Shown: positions 35,762 to 45,470, numbered from the stretch's first letter. The stretch: 64,000 nt of DNA from an uncultured Collinsella sp. (GCA_902475525.1 CABRZS010000006.1:44260-108259); one strand, 5' to 3'. The notes: generated by a model not told the origin, from the letters alone. A program made the numbers and translations.

Positions 35762-36637
35762 ATGGACATGACGGATATGACGAGGGCGGCCGTGTCGCGC
35801 CGTCACTTTTTGCAGCTGGCGGGCGCCGGCATGCTTGCGCTGACGGGGACCGCGCTTACCGGTTGCGGCAACTCCACCAGCGGCGAGGGCTCCGACAAGG
35901 GGTCCAAGCTTGCGGCCATTAAGTCGCGTGGACATCTGAATGCCGGCGTCAAGAAGGACGTTCCCGGCTATGGCTATTACGACACCGCCAAGGGCCGCTT
36001 TGAGGGCATGGAAGTCGATTTGTGCTACCAGATCGCCGCTGCCGTCTTTGGCGTGAGCTACAAGGAGGCCCGCGCCCAGGAGCTTGTCGAGTTTACCGAC
36101 GTAACGCCCAAGACGCGCGGCCCGCTGATCGATAACGGCCAACTCGACGTGGTCGCGGCGACCTACACCATCACCGACGAGCGCAAGAAGAGCTGGGATT
36201 TCTCGACGCCGTACCGCACCGACTACGTGGGACTCATGGTCAAGAAGCGTTCGGGCTTTACCTCGATTGAGGACTTGGACGGCAAGGTCATTGGCGTGAG
36301 CCAGGGTGCCACCACGCAGGGCCTGATCGAGCAGATGATCAAGGACAACGGCTTTAGCTGTAAGCCCGAGTTTAGGGCCTTTAGCGGCTATCCCATCATC
36401 AAGAGTTCCCTCGACGCCGGCAATATCGACGTCTTTGCCATGGACCGCTCCACGCTGGCCGGCTACATGAACGAGACCGTTGAGCTGCTGCAGCCCGAGG
36501 TCAAGTTTGGCGAGCAGGGCTACGGCGTGGCGACCAAGAAGGGCTGCGACCTTTCGGCCGTGGTCGATCAGGTGATTTGCGATCGCCTGGCCGACGGCTG
36601 GCTCGACCAAGAGGTCAAGACCTGGGGTCTTGTATAG
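35762..36637 (+). CDS. Polar amino-acid (Glu/Asp-type) ABC substrate-binding lipoprotein with Tat-like signal
   Basis: SRRHFL, lipobox LTGC, ATYTITDERKK; start approximate. Confidence 0.88.
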   Translation: MDMTDMTRAAVSRRHFLQLAGAGMLALTGTALTGCGNSTSGEGSDKGSKLAAIKSRGHLNAGVKKDVPGYGYYDTAKGRFEGMEVDLCYQIAAAVFGVSYKEARAQELVEFTDVTPKTRGPLIDNGQLDVVAATYTITDERKKSWDFSTPYRTDYVGLMVKKRSGFTSIEDLDGKVIGVSQGATTQGLIEQMIKDNGFSCKPEFRAFSGYPIIKSSLDAGNIDVFAMDRSTLAGYMNETVELLQPEVKFGEQGYGVATKKGCDLSAVVDQVICDRLADGWLDQEVKTWGLV

Positions 36638-36662
36638 GCGCATCGTCCAAGGAAGGAATCAA

Positions 36663-37409
36663 ATGCTCGAAGGATTATTTGACGCCGACCGTTGGTCGAC
36701 GACATTTCAAAACATGGGGCCCTTCTGGGAGGGCTTTGGCGTGACGCTACAGGTGGTCGTTGCCGGTCTGCTGCTGTCGCTGGTGCTGGGCACGCTGCTG
36801 GGCGTGTTCTCCACCACCCGTTCGCGCGTGCTGCGCGCCATAAGCCGCGTGTACGTGGAGTTTTACCAGAACACCCCGTTGCCCGTGCAGGTGCTCTTTA
36901 TGTACATGGCCGGTCCGCAGTTTTTGCAAGCCATAACCGGTGCCGACCAGCCGGTGCGCATCGCGCCGTTCGTGCTGGGCTTCTTGGGTGTGGGCCTGTA
37001 TCACGCGGCCTACATTTCGGAGGTCATCCGCACTGGTATTGAGGCGGTTCCGCGCGGTCAGATGGAGGCGGCCCAGAGCCAGGGCTTCACCCGAGCGCAG
37101 GCGTACTGGTACATCGTGCTGCCCCAGACGTTCAAGATCATTCTGCCGCCGCTGTGTAACCAGGCGCTCAACCTGGTCAAGAACACGTCGGTGCTGGCGC
37201 TTGTGGCCGGCGGCGACCTTATGTACCGTTCCGACAACTTTGTGAGCCTGTACGGTTACCTGCAGGGATACATCGTCTGCTGCCTAATGTACTTCATCAT
37301 CTGCTTTCCGCTCGCCATGCTGGTGCAGTGGCTCGAGCGTCGCTCCAAGGAGCGTCCGCACGGCGTGAGCCTGGCCGAGCTGGGGCTCGACAACGTAGAG
37401 GAGGCCTAG
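36663..37409 (+). CDS. Amino-acid ABC permease
   Basis: YVEFYQNTP, EVIRTGIEAVPRGQMEAA. Confidence 0.92.
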   Translation: MLEGLFDADRWSTTFQNMGPFWEGFGVTLQVVVAGLLLSLVLGTLLGVFSTTRSRVLRAISRVYVEFYQNTPLPVQVLFMYMAGPQFLQAITGADQPVRIAPFVLGFLGVGLYHAAYISEVIRTGIEAVPRGQMEAAQSQGFTRAQAYWYIVLPQTFKIILPPLCNQALNLVKNTSVLALVAGGDLMYRSDNFVSLYGYLQGYIVCCLMYFIICFPLAMLVQWLERRSKERPHGVSLAELGLDNVEEA

Positions 37410-37412
37410 CGC

Positions 37413-38051
37413 ATGGAAATCTTCAACGCGACCAACCTGCTCTACATTTGGGGCGGCTTTGTTAAGACCATCGAGATCTCGGCGCTGTCGATCTTTTTCT
37501 CGCTCATCTTTGGCACGGTGCTGGCGCTCGTTAAAAGCTATGCGCCCCGCCCGTTCCGTATTTTGGTGAGCGCCTATATCGAGCTGTTCCGCTGCACGCC
37601 GAACCTGCTGTGGATCCTGTTTATCTACTTTACGGTGCAGGGCTTGGACATTGTGATCTCGACCATCGCCTTTACGCTGTTTACCAGCGCCGTTATGGCC
37701 GAGATTGTGCGCGGCGGCCTCAACTCGATTCCGCGCGGCCAGTTTGAGGCGGCGCAGAGCCAGGGTTTTGGCTTCTTTGCCACCATGCGCTACATCATTC
37801 TGCCGCAGACGTTTAAGACGATCATTCCGGCGCTGTTTAGCCAGTGCACGACCGTCATCAAGGACAGCTCGTATCTTTCGGGTATTAACGTGGCCGAGCT
37901 CATGTACACGGCAAACGTCGTGATGGCCCATGCGATCGACCTGTCGCAGGTGCTTATGCTCTACGGCCTGGTGTTTGCGATGTACTTTGTGCTCAACTTT
38001 GGTATCTCGCTGCTGGTCCGAGCATATCAGCGCCGCATCGTAGCCGCATAG
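37413..38051 (+). CDS. Amino-acid ABC permease
   Basis: YIELFRCTP, EIVRGGLNSIPRGQFEAA. Confidence 0.92.
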   Translation: MEIFNATNLLYIWGGFVKTIEISALSIFFSLIFGTVLALVKSYAPRPFRILVSAYIELFRCTPNLLWILFIYFTVQGLDIVISTIAFTLFTSAVMAEIVRGGLNSIPRGQFEAAQSQGFGFFATMRYIILPQTFKTIIPALFSQCTTVIKDSSYLSGINVAELMYTANVVMAHAIDLSQVLMLYGLVFAMYFVLNFGISLLVRAYQRRIVAA

Positions 38052-38158
38052 TCCTGCTTCCCCAAGCGCGGCACCTTGCCCCTCAATCGTCGCTTGCGTA
38101 CATTTAGTACGCGGCGCTCCTCTTTCGGGGCAATCTTCCGCACTTGGGAAACCAGGAC
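38051..38158. repeat. ~108-bp nested hairpin element
   Basis: GTCCTG..CAGGAC, CCCAAG..CTTGGG, TTGCCCC..GGGGCAA and GCGTAC..GTACGC nested pairings. Confidence 0.65.
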
Positions 38159-38222
38159 GGTCGTAAGTGACAAAATGGGAATCAGGAATCGCCTATTTCT
38201 CATTTGTTAGAAAGGAATCGCG

Positions 38223-38846
38223 ATGAGCGATCTGGAGAATAAGAAGAATCCTGTGGTCATTACCATCGCGCGCGACTTTGGCGCCGAGGGCCACGAGATT
38301 GGTCGCATGCTTGCCGACGAGTTGGGGATTCCGCTGTACGATAACGAGCTGCTGGTACGTGCGTCGCTGCGCGCGGGCGAGTCGCTCGACAAGATGGCCG
38401 CCTACGACGAGCGTCTGGCCGTGGAGAACATGGCGTTCCTGCCCGACCGCTACGACGCGCGTTCGTACTCGGACAAGTTGTTCCAGAAGATGAGCCAGGT
38501 GATTTTGGACCTGGGCGAGACCGAGAGCTGCATTATCGAAGGCCGCCTGTCCGATTACCTGCTGCGTAACAACCCCAACCACATTGCCGTGTTGGTGACC
38601 GCTCCTTTTGAGGACCGCGTCGAGATTGTGCGCAAGAAGCGTGGCCTTAATAAAAAGAAGGGCGCCAAGCTGGTCAAGCAGCAGCAGAAGGCGCGCGAGG
38701 CGTTCTATAAGCGCTACAGTGCCGGAAAGTGGAAGATGACGAGCGGCAAGGATATCGTCGTCAACCGCGCCAAGCTGGGCCGCGAAGGCTGCAAAGACGT
38801 CATAGCCGCTGCCTACCGCTACAAAGTGGCTCAACTCGAAGGCTAA
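38223..38846 (+). CDS. Cytidylate-kinase-like family protein
   Basis: VITIARDFGAEGHEIG, CIIEGR. Confidence 0.85.
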   Translation: MSDLENKKNPVVITIARDFGAEGHEIGRMLADELGIPLYDNELLVRASLRAGESLDKMAAYDERLAVENMAFLPDRYDARSYSDKLFQKMSQVILDLGETESCIIEGRLSDYLLRNNPNHIAVLVTAPFEDRVEIVRKKRGLNKKKGAKLVKQQQKAREAFYKRYSAGKWKMTSGKDIVVNRAKLGREGCKDVIAAAYRYKVAQLEG

Positions 38847-38852
38847 CCGACC

Positions 38853-38895
38853 AAAAACCACCACAAAGGGTACAGGCACCTTTGTGGTGGTTTTT
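38853..38895. repeat. GGGAC-loop family element (ACCACCAC stem)
   Basis: AAAAACCACCAC-19 nt-GTGGTGGTTTTT; inverted partner at 39186-39228. Confidence 0.75.
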
Positions 38896-38951
38896 GTTTT
38901 AGGCCGAGGGGAAGGCCTTGGCGGCAGTGCCTATCCTCGGCTTTTGCATAG

Positions 38952-39167
38952 TCTCGATCTGTAACACCAAGCCAGCGAAAATGGCTCTAACTGTTACAGA
39001 TTGAGATGAACCGTTCGGCCGTCAGCCCAACGTCTTGATCTGTAACACCAGGCGGCATATTTGGTCTCTAACTGTTACAGATTGAGATGCAGCGTGGCCG
39101 GCCGGCACAATATCTCGATCTGTAACAACTGCAGGGCTCAACGGACTCCAACTGTTACAGATTGAGA
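38952..39167. repeat. 216-bp array A: six alternately oriented 15-mers (TCTCGATCTGTAACA / TGTTACAGATTGAGA) with 25/26/25/25/25-nt spacers
   Basis: Arms start at 38952, 38992, 39033, 39073, 39113, 39153. Confidence 0.92.
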
Positions 39168-39308
39168 CAAAACGATCAGGCAAGTCCAAAACCACCACTA
39201 AGGTGCCTGTCCCATCGTGGTGGTTTGGGCGGCCGGCATAGAAAAAAGTCCCCGCCGGGCGTGTGCTCGACGGGGACTTTGCCGTTTGGTGGCTAGCGCT
39301 GTAGGTGA

Positions 39309-40718
39309 TTACTCGCCCAGCAGGCTCTTGGTGATGGAAGCGGCGGCCTTCTTGCCGGCGCCCATCGCCAGAATGACCGTAGCGGCACCGGTGACGATGT
39401 CGCCGCCGGCCCAGATGCGGGGATCGGTGGTCTGGCCGGTCTCCTCGTCGGCGACGATGTAGCCCCACTTGTTGAGCTCCATCTTGCCGCCGATCTTCTT
39501 TGCGAAGGGGTTGGCGTTGGTGCCGATAGCCGAGATCGCGACGTCGCAGGGGATCTCCTCGATGGCGCCCTCGATGGGCACCGGGCGACGACGGCCGGAC
39601 TCGTCAGGCTCGCCGAGCTCCATCTTCTGGACCTTGACGGCGCACACGGAGCCGTCCTCGCCAGCGACAAACTCGAGCGGGGAGACGAGCGGCAGAACCT
39701 CGACGCCCTCGGCCTTAGCATGGTGCAGCTCGGCGCGACGGCAGGGCATCTCGTCCTCGGTACGACGGTAGGCGATGATGGCGTGCTCGGCGCCCAGGCG
39801 CTTGGCGGTACGGACGGCGTCCATGGCCACGTTGCCGCCGCCAAAGACAACGACGTTCTTGCCGTGCTTGGTGGGGGTGTCGTACTCGGGGAACTTGTTG
39901 GCCTTCATCAGGTTCACGCGGGTGAGGTACTCGTTCGCGAAGAAGACGTTGGGCAGGTTCTCGCCGGGGACGTTGAGGAACTTGGGCAGGCCAGCGCCGG
40001 TCGCCACGTAGATGGCGTCGAAGCCCTGCTCGAACAGCTCCTCGGCCGTGGCCATGTTGCCCACGACGGAGTTGTACTCAAACTTGACGCCCATGTCCTC
40101 CAAGCCGTCGATCTCGCGCTTGACGACTGCCTTGGGCAGGCGGAACTCGGGGATGCCGTAGACCAGCACGCCGCCGCCGGTGAAGAAGGCCTCGAAGACG
40201 GTGACGTCAAAGCCGTTGCGGGCGAGCTCGCCGGCGCAGGTGATGCCGGACGGGCCGGAACCGACGACGGCGACCTTCTTGCCGTTCTTGGGGGCCATCT
40301 TGGGCGTGGAGGCGAGCTCGGGGCGGTCACCCAGGAAGCGCTCGAGCTGGCCGATGGCCACGGGCTCGGACTTCTTGCCACGGATGCACTTGCCCTCGCA
40401 CTGGTTCTCCTGCGGGCAGACGCGGCCGCAGATGGCGGGAAGCATGGAGTCCTCGCGGATGGTATCGAGGGCGCCGCCGAAGTCCTTCGCGCGGATCTGC
40501 TCGATAAAGCGGGGGATGTTGATGTTGACGGGGCAGCCCTCAACACAGAACGGCTTCTTGCAGTTGAGGCAGCGCTCGGCCTCGGCCAGTGCCATCTCCT
40601 CGGTGAAGCCCTTGTCGACGGGGCGGAAGTCGCAGGCGCGCTCGGCAGCCGGCTCCTCGTTATCGGGGGTGCGGGGCGACTTCATATCGGCAACGAAACG
40701 ACCGTTAACTAGTGGCAT
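39309..40718 (-). CDS. NfnB/SudA-type (glutamate synthase small-subunit-like) NADPH-dependent Fe-S flavoprotein
   Basis: CLNC..C..GCP, CGRVCPQENQCEGKC, GSGPSG, GGGNVAMD, GGDIVTG. Confidence 0.9.
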   Translation of the reverse strand: MPLVNGRFVADMKSPRTPDNEEPAAERACDFRPVDKGFTEEMALAEAERCLNCKKPFCVEGCPVNINIPRFIEQIRAKDFGGALDTIREDSMLPAICGRVCPQENQCEGKCIRGKKSEPVAIGQLERFLGDRPELASTPKMAPKNGKKVAVVGSGPSGITCAGELARNGFDVTVFEAFFTGGGVLVYGIPEFRLPKAVVKREIDGLEDMGVKFEYNSVVGNMATAEELFEQGFDAIYVATGAGLPKFLNVPGENLPNVFFANEYLTRVNLMKANKFPEYDTPTKHGKNVVVFGGGNVAMDAVRTAKRLGAEHAIIAYRRTEDEMPCRRAELHHAKAEGVEVLPLVSPLEFVAGEDGSVCAVKVQKMELGEPDESGRRRPVPIEGAIEEIPCDVAISAIGTNANPFAKKIGGKMELNKWGYIVADEETGQTTDPRIWAGGDIVTGAATVILAMGAGKKAAASITKSLLGE

Positions 40719-41548
40719 GCGCAGCTCTTTTCCTCATAGGCCTTGAGGGACGCGCCCTCTTCGGAACGATAAGCGGCCTGGCGGGCACGAAGGTCATCCC
40801 AGTCGACCAGGGTGGCATCGAAGTCGGGGCCGTCGACGCAAGCGAACTTGGTCACGCCGCCCACCTCGACGCGGCAGCAGCCACACATGCCGGTGCCGTC
40901 AACCATGATGGGGTTGAGCGACGCGGTGATGGGGGTGTCGTACTTCTGGGCGGTGAGGGTCGAGAACTTCATCATCGGAACGGGGCCGACGCAGAAGACC
41001 TGGCTCACGGCCTTGTCCTGCAGCAGGCGCTCCAGCGGAGCGGTGACAACGCCCTGCTCGCCGTAGGAGCCGTCGTCGGTGGTGATGTGGATGTGGTCCT
41101 CGTCGAGCAGCTCGCGGAACTGGTCCTCCATGAGCAGGAGGTCCTTGGTGCGGGCGCCCATGATGGCGTGCACCTCGTGGCCGGTCTCGACCAGGTGCTT
41201 GGCGACCGGGAAGGCAATTGCCAGGCCGACGCCGCCGCCAATGACGGCGCAGGGGCCCTCGGCCATCTCGGTGGGAACGCCCAGCGGGCCCACGACGTCG
41301 CGCAGCGACTCGCCGGCCTCGTAGGTGGAAAGCATCTCGGTGGTCTTGCCGATCACCATGAAGATGAACTCGACCCAGCCCTCGTCACCGTTCCAGCCGG
41401 CCAGGGTAAACGGGACGCGCTCGCCCGTCTCGTTGGCGCGAACCATGAGGAACTGTCCAGCGTGCGCATGCTTGGCGATTGCGGGCGCCTCGATGCGGAA
41501 CTTGAACACCTTCTCAGAGAACTGCGTCTTCTCCAGGATCTTATACAT
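40709..41548 (-). CDS. NfnA/SudB-type FAD/2Fe-2S subunit
   Basis: GERVPFT, GGGVG, DGTGMCGCCR..CVDGPDFD; overlaps the downstream large subunit. Confidence 0.9.
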   Translation of the reverse strand: MYKILEKTQFSEKVFKFRIEAPAIAKHAHAGQFLMVRANETGERVPFTLAGWNGDEGWVEFIFMVIGKTTEMLSTYEAGESLRDVVGPLGVPTEMAEGPCAVIGGGVGLAIAFPVAKHLVETGHEVHAIMGARTKDLLLMEDQFRELLDEDHIHITTDDGSYGEQGVVTAPLERLLQDKAVSQVFCVGPVPMMKFSTLTAQKYDTPITASLNPIMVDGTGMCGCCRVEVGGVTKFACVDGPDFDATLVDWDDLRARQAAYRSEEGASLKAYEEKSCACH

Positions 41549-41774
41549 AGAACCCCTCTCTTGTTAGGGCGACCGAACCGTGCCTCCACGGAAATGGACG
41601 GTAGCCCGAGTAAAACCGTACGCGCACAGGCGATGTGCAGACATACGGTGCAAATTATACCCTCATGGGCATGTCACTTACGTGTATCTTCGGCAGGTGG
41701 GAAAAGGGTTTATCCCGTCTGGCCTGCCAAAAAGGGACAGGTTTATTTTGGTCGGTTTTATCAGGCAAAACGGC

Positions 41775-41817
41775 AAAAGGAGCCGGCTTCGCGCTTTGGT
41801 GAGGCCGGCTCCTTTTG
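41775..41817. terminator. Terminator-like hairpin downstream of pth, flanked by GGGAC-loop elements
   Basis: AAAAGGAGCCGGC / GCCGGCTCCTTTT. Confidence 0.7.
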
Positions 41818-41922
41818 AGGCATTGCATATGTATGGCGGCGCAGGGTTTATTGCGGAGCCGCCACTGTGGCGTTTCCGCAGATAAAACCTGCCAAAAGAA
41901 ACCTGTCCCTAAATGGTAGGTT

Positions 41923-42552
41923 TTAGTGCTTGCCGTTGGCGGAGGCGGCACCGTTGACATGGTCGCGGGCATAGACCACGCCGTGCACGATCGCCAGGCC
42001 GGCGGCGTCGGCCGCGCGGGCGCAGGTGTCCTGGAAATCCTCGGCCTCGCGGGCGCGCAGCTGCTTGAGCACGTAGTCGGCCACGGCCATCTTGCCGGGA
42101 GGGTTGCCGATGCCGGTGCGGATGCGGCTAAAGTCGCGGCTGCCCATCTTGTCGATGATGGAGCGCAGGCCGTTGTGACCGGCATGGCCTCCGCCCACCT
42201 TGACGCGCACGTCGCCGGCGGGAATGTCGAGCTCGTCGTGGATGACGAGCAGCTCCTCGGCCTTGATTTTGTACTCGCGGCAGAGCTTGGAGATGGGGCC
42301 GCCCGAGGTGTTCATGTACGACTGCGGCTTGACCAACACAATCTGGCGCTTGCCGCCCTCTTCCTCGGCATCGTTGATATTGATGAGCGCGACCTCGGCG
42401 CCGGCCTGGTTTTTCCAGTACGTGACGCCGGCCTGACGGGCCAGCTCGTCGATCGCCTTAAAGCCGGCGTTGTGGCGGGTCTCGGCATACTCATCGCCCG
42501 GGTTGCCAAGTCCGGCAACCATGCGAATCTTAAGCGGCTGTGCAGCTGCCAT
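41923..42552 (-). CDS. pth: Peptidyl-tRNA hydrolase
   Basis: GLGNPG..TRHNAG, YMNTSG, HDELD, GHNGLRSI. Confidence 0.96.
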   Translation of the reverse strand: MAAAQPLKIRMVAGLGNPGDEYAETRHNAGFKAIDELARQAGVTYWKNQAGAEVALININDAEEEGGKRQIVLVKPQSYMNTSGGPISKLCREYKIKAEELLVIHDELDIPAGDVRVKVGGGHAGHNGLRSIIDKMGSRDFSRIRTGIGNPPGKMAVADYVLKQLRAREAEDFQDTCARAADAAGLAIVHGVVYARDHVNGAASANGKH

Positions 42553-42667
42553 GTTCATCCTTTCGTTGATTTGTCGCCTGCTATGGTGAGCGACCCTGTT
42601 GCCGCTGTCAAATGGAGGGCAATTGAGGTTGTTTGGGGGCGTTTGGACGGCCGTCAAAATCCGAGGC

Positions 42668-42869
42668 GGACAGTTAGTTCAGATACGTATAAGTTCTGAG
42701 GACTCGAAGTGCTTAATTCGATGCCGATACGTTGTTTTGGAGCTTTAGTTGGTCCATATGACGCTGTTTTGAAGTCTACCCTGCCTTCAAATAGGGCGAA
42801 TGGTATAGAGATAACTGCAAAACAGTCTAATTCAATGTGTCCATTTATACGTATTTGAACTAACTGTCC
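42668..42869. repeat. 202-bp inverted-repeat (REPIN/MITE-like) element, left of nuclease-like gene
   Basis: GGACAGTTAGTTCAGATACGTATAA .. TTATACGTATTTGAACTAACTGTCC (24/25). Confidence 0.9.
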
Positions 42870-42903
42870 AGCCCTGCTCGACGGCGCACGGGTGATTCGC
42901 CGT

Positions 42904-44031
42904 TTAGACCGGCGCGAGGCCGATTCCGGCCCGCAGAGCGTTGAGCCAAGCGGCCTGACGTTTGCGATAACCCTTGATGCGATAGCGGAACCGAACCCCA
43001 GCAAGTCGATGCATCGTCTGGGCGAAGGCTTCGAGCGCAACAAGGTCTTTCATTTGGTCGCGATTGATAACCAGGACGTGGATACCCATGGCTTTAAGGC
43101 CATTGTTGCGATTGCCATCGTGGATGCGAGCATTTTGAAGCTCATGCCCAATTCCGTTGTATTCGTTGTCGATTCCTGCAGCTGGGCAATATAAGTCGCA
43201 GATGGCATAGGGGATGCCGGAGGACATGTTGACCGCAAGAGTGTCGAAGTCAATTCGATGGTTGAGTAGCAGGCCTCCCATGGGCAGGCTGCAACATCCG
43301 AATCCGCCAAAGCGCATGGGCGCTCCGAGAACGGCAAACATTAGGGATTCAGCTGGGGATGCAGATCCGGGTCGGGCGAGATTGACTGCCGTGCGAAACG
43401 AGGCGTAGGAGCTACTTTTGGCAAACTGTGCGGCTGCCTCGAGCTCATTTATGGTTGTGGCAGGCTCGCATTTGTAGTGCGCCTGTTCGTAGCGGGTTTC
43501 GGTCTGCTGTTCGGCCGCCGACTGGTCGCCCCGGCAATCGAGGTCGTCCATCGCTTCGTAGCCATCGCCCTTGGGCCAGATGTCGTCATAGGCAATGGGG
43601 TATGTTGCCCCGGGAGGAAGGGAGTAGGTTCCGAGCAGTTCCATGAGAAGCATCAAGGTTTTGGCGACTGATTCATTTTTGGAACAAAGCATGGCTGTCA
43701 TGGCAGGAGACGTTGCGTAGATGTCGGCCTCGACGTGCATAATTGCACCTTCAGGAAGCGGAGCGGAGAGAATATGCTGAAGAAGTCGCTTGTCGGGGCG
43801 TCTGTTGTCTTCGTTTGAAACGAGAAGATCGAGCAGTTCGGAATCATCTTCATTCCAGGCATCGAGTATCGAAAGTGCGCCAAAGTCTATCGCGTCATTA
43901 TTGGGAATGCAGCTAGCCAAGGCCTGTGCTTGCTGTTCACTATCAACGGAGTCCCAGGGTAGGGCAGAGTACGCCCGTCGTGCGCGACGAATTGCGCGGA
44001 GGGCGGAGAGATGTGAAATCACGGTCGTCAT
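42904..44031 (-). CDS. Hypothetical protein with C-terminal Vsr/DUF559-like (PD-(D/E)XK-fold) nuclease domain
   Basis: SASPAES, CDLYC..EYNG..H..D..RNNGLKAMGIHVLVI pattern; codon usage visibly less GC3-biased than its neighbours. Confidence 0.7.
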   Translation of the reverse strand: MTTVISHLSALRAIRRARRAYSALPWDSVDSEQQAQALASCIPNNDAIDFGALSILDAWNEDDSELLDLLVSNEDNRRPDKRLLQHILSAPLPEGAIMHVEADIYATSPAMTAMLCSKNESVAKTLMLLMELLGTYSLPPGATYPIAYDDIWPKGDGYEAMDDLDCRGDQSAAEQQTETRYEQAHYKCEPATTINELEAAAQFAKSSSYASFRTAVNLARPGSASPAESLMFAVLGAPMRFGGFGCCSLPMGGLLLNHRIDFDTLAVNMSSGIPYAICDLYCPAAGIDNEYNGIGHELQNARIHDGNRNNGLKAMGIHVLVINRDQMKDLVALEAFAQTMHRLAGVRFRYRIKGYRKRQAAWLNALRAGIGLAPV

Positions 44032-44195
44032 AGCTATAACGTACTAAGTTGGCGGCAGAATGCGACCGCCATACCGTTCTTTTCGCTCAGCGGGGCGCTG
44101 CGCGCCATGAACGGCTGGGTGTTATGAAATCGGTGGAATCGGTTGAGGGGATTGCAGGAAATTGAGCTCTGCCGCGAAGGTTGACGATAGCTACT

Positions 44196-44396
44196 GGACA
44201 GTTAGTTCAGATACGTATAAGGCGGCGGGCGTTCGAGGCGTTCCTAAGGGGCTTCGAGGGCGATTTGAGGGTAAATATGCGGCGGTTGTACTCGAAAACG
44301 ATGAGCATTGGGCGGCATGGCATCCGCCGGGGAGCTCAGAACGCTCCGAACGGCCCTTTGGGGCTTTAAAAAAATACGTATCTGAACTAATTGTCC
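44196..44396. repeat. 201-bp inverted-repeat element, right of nuclease-like gene
   Basis: Left arm identical (26/26) to 42668-42693; right arm ATACGTATCTGAACTAATTGTCC (22/23). Confidence 0.9.
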
Positions 44397-44419
44397 AGGG
44401 AAGGTTGGCGAGGGATAGA

Positions 44420-44453
44420 AAAAGGGTCGGAAGCGAGCTTCCGACCCTTTAAA
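44420..44453 (-). terminator. Terminator after prs
   Basis: AAAGGGTCGGAAG / CTTCCGACCCTTT. Confidence 0.75.
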
Positions 44454-44483
44454 AGCATCAAAGATGATGCGATGCGCGTTGGA

Positions 44484-45470
44484 TTACAGCGCGAAGTCGC
44501 CGCCGACGAGCGTGGAGACGGGCTCCTCGTGGTAAACGGCGGAGATGGCCTGAGCGAACTCCTCGGCGACCGAGATAGTCTTGATCTTGCCGCCGACCTC
44601 GACGGGGATGGCGTCGGTGACGACGCACTCGACGATGGGGGCATCGTTCAGGCGCTCGATGGCCGGACCGGAGAAGATGCCGTGGGTGGCGCAGACGTAG
44701 ATGTCGCCGGCGCCCATAGCCTTGAGCTCCTTGACGTTGGCGCACAGGGTGCCAGCGGTGTCGATCATGTCATCGTTGATGATGCAGGTCTTGCCCTTGA
44801 TGTCACCGATGATGCCCATGACCTCGGCGGCGTTGTGGCGCGGACGGCCCTTGTGGGCGATGGCCAGGTCGCAGCCGAGCATGTCGGACAGCTTCTTGGC
44901 GGCCTTGGCGCGACCCACGTCGGGGGAGACGACAACCAGGTTGTCGGTGTCGAAGTGCATGTCGTTGTAGTACTGGCCAAACAGCGGCAGCGCGGACAGG
45001 TGGTTAACCGGGATATCGAAGAAGCCCTGAATCTGGCCCTGGTGCAGGTCGAGGGTGATGATGCGGTTGACGCCGGCGCGCTCGAGCAGGTTGGCGACGA
45101 GGCGGGCGGTGATGGGCTCGCGCGGGCCGGCCTTGCGGTCCTGGCGGGCATAGCCGTAGTGGGTGATAACGGCGGTGATGGAGCGGGCGGATGCGCGCTT
45201 GGCAGCGTCGGTGGCGATGAGCAGCTCCATGAGCATGTCGTTGACGTTGCCGCCGGCCACGGACTGAATCAGGAAGACGTCGGCGCCGCGGACGGTCTCG
45301 TCGTAGCGGGCGTAAATCTCACCGTTGGCGAACTGCTTTAGCGTAAGGCCCGAAAGCTCGACCCCAAGGTACTCAGCGATCTTCTGAGCGAGGGGACGGT
45401 TGGAGGAACCGGAATACACGCGGATGGACTTGCGCATATTCTCCGACTTCTCGGGATCATTAATCGGCAT
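44484..45470 (-). CDS. prs: Ribose-phosphate pyrophosphokinase
   Basis: FANGE, YGYARQDRK, DLHQGQIQGFF, VSPDVG, DDMIDTAGT. Confidence 0.97.
   Translation of the reverse strand: MPINDPEKSENMRKSIRVYSGSSNRPLAQKIAEYLGVELSGLTLKQFANGEIYARYDETVRGADVFLIQSVAGGNVNDMLMELLIATDAAKRASARSITAVITHYGYARQDRKAGPREPITARLVANLLERAGVNRIITLDLHQGQIQGFFDIPVNHLSALPLFGQYYNDMHFDTDNLVVVSPDVGRAKAAKKLSDMLGCDLAIAHKGRPRHNAAEVMGIIGDIKGKTCIINDDMIDTAGTLCANVKELKAMGAGDIYVCATHGIFSGPAIERLNDAPIVECVVTDAIPVEVGGKIKTISVAEEFAQAISAVYHEEPVSTLVGGDFAL

Noticed and set aside
38952..39167. CRISPR array (also 57890-58105)
   Set aside because: Repeats are only 15 bp, alternate in orientation, have weakly related spacers, and there are no cas genes or leader in the window
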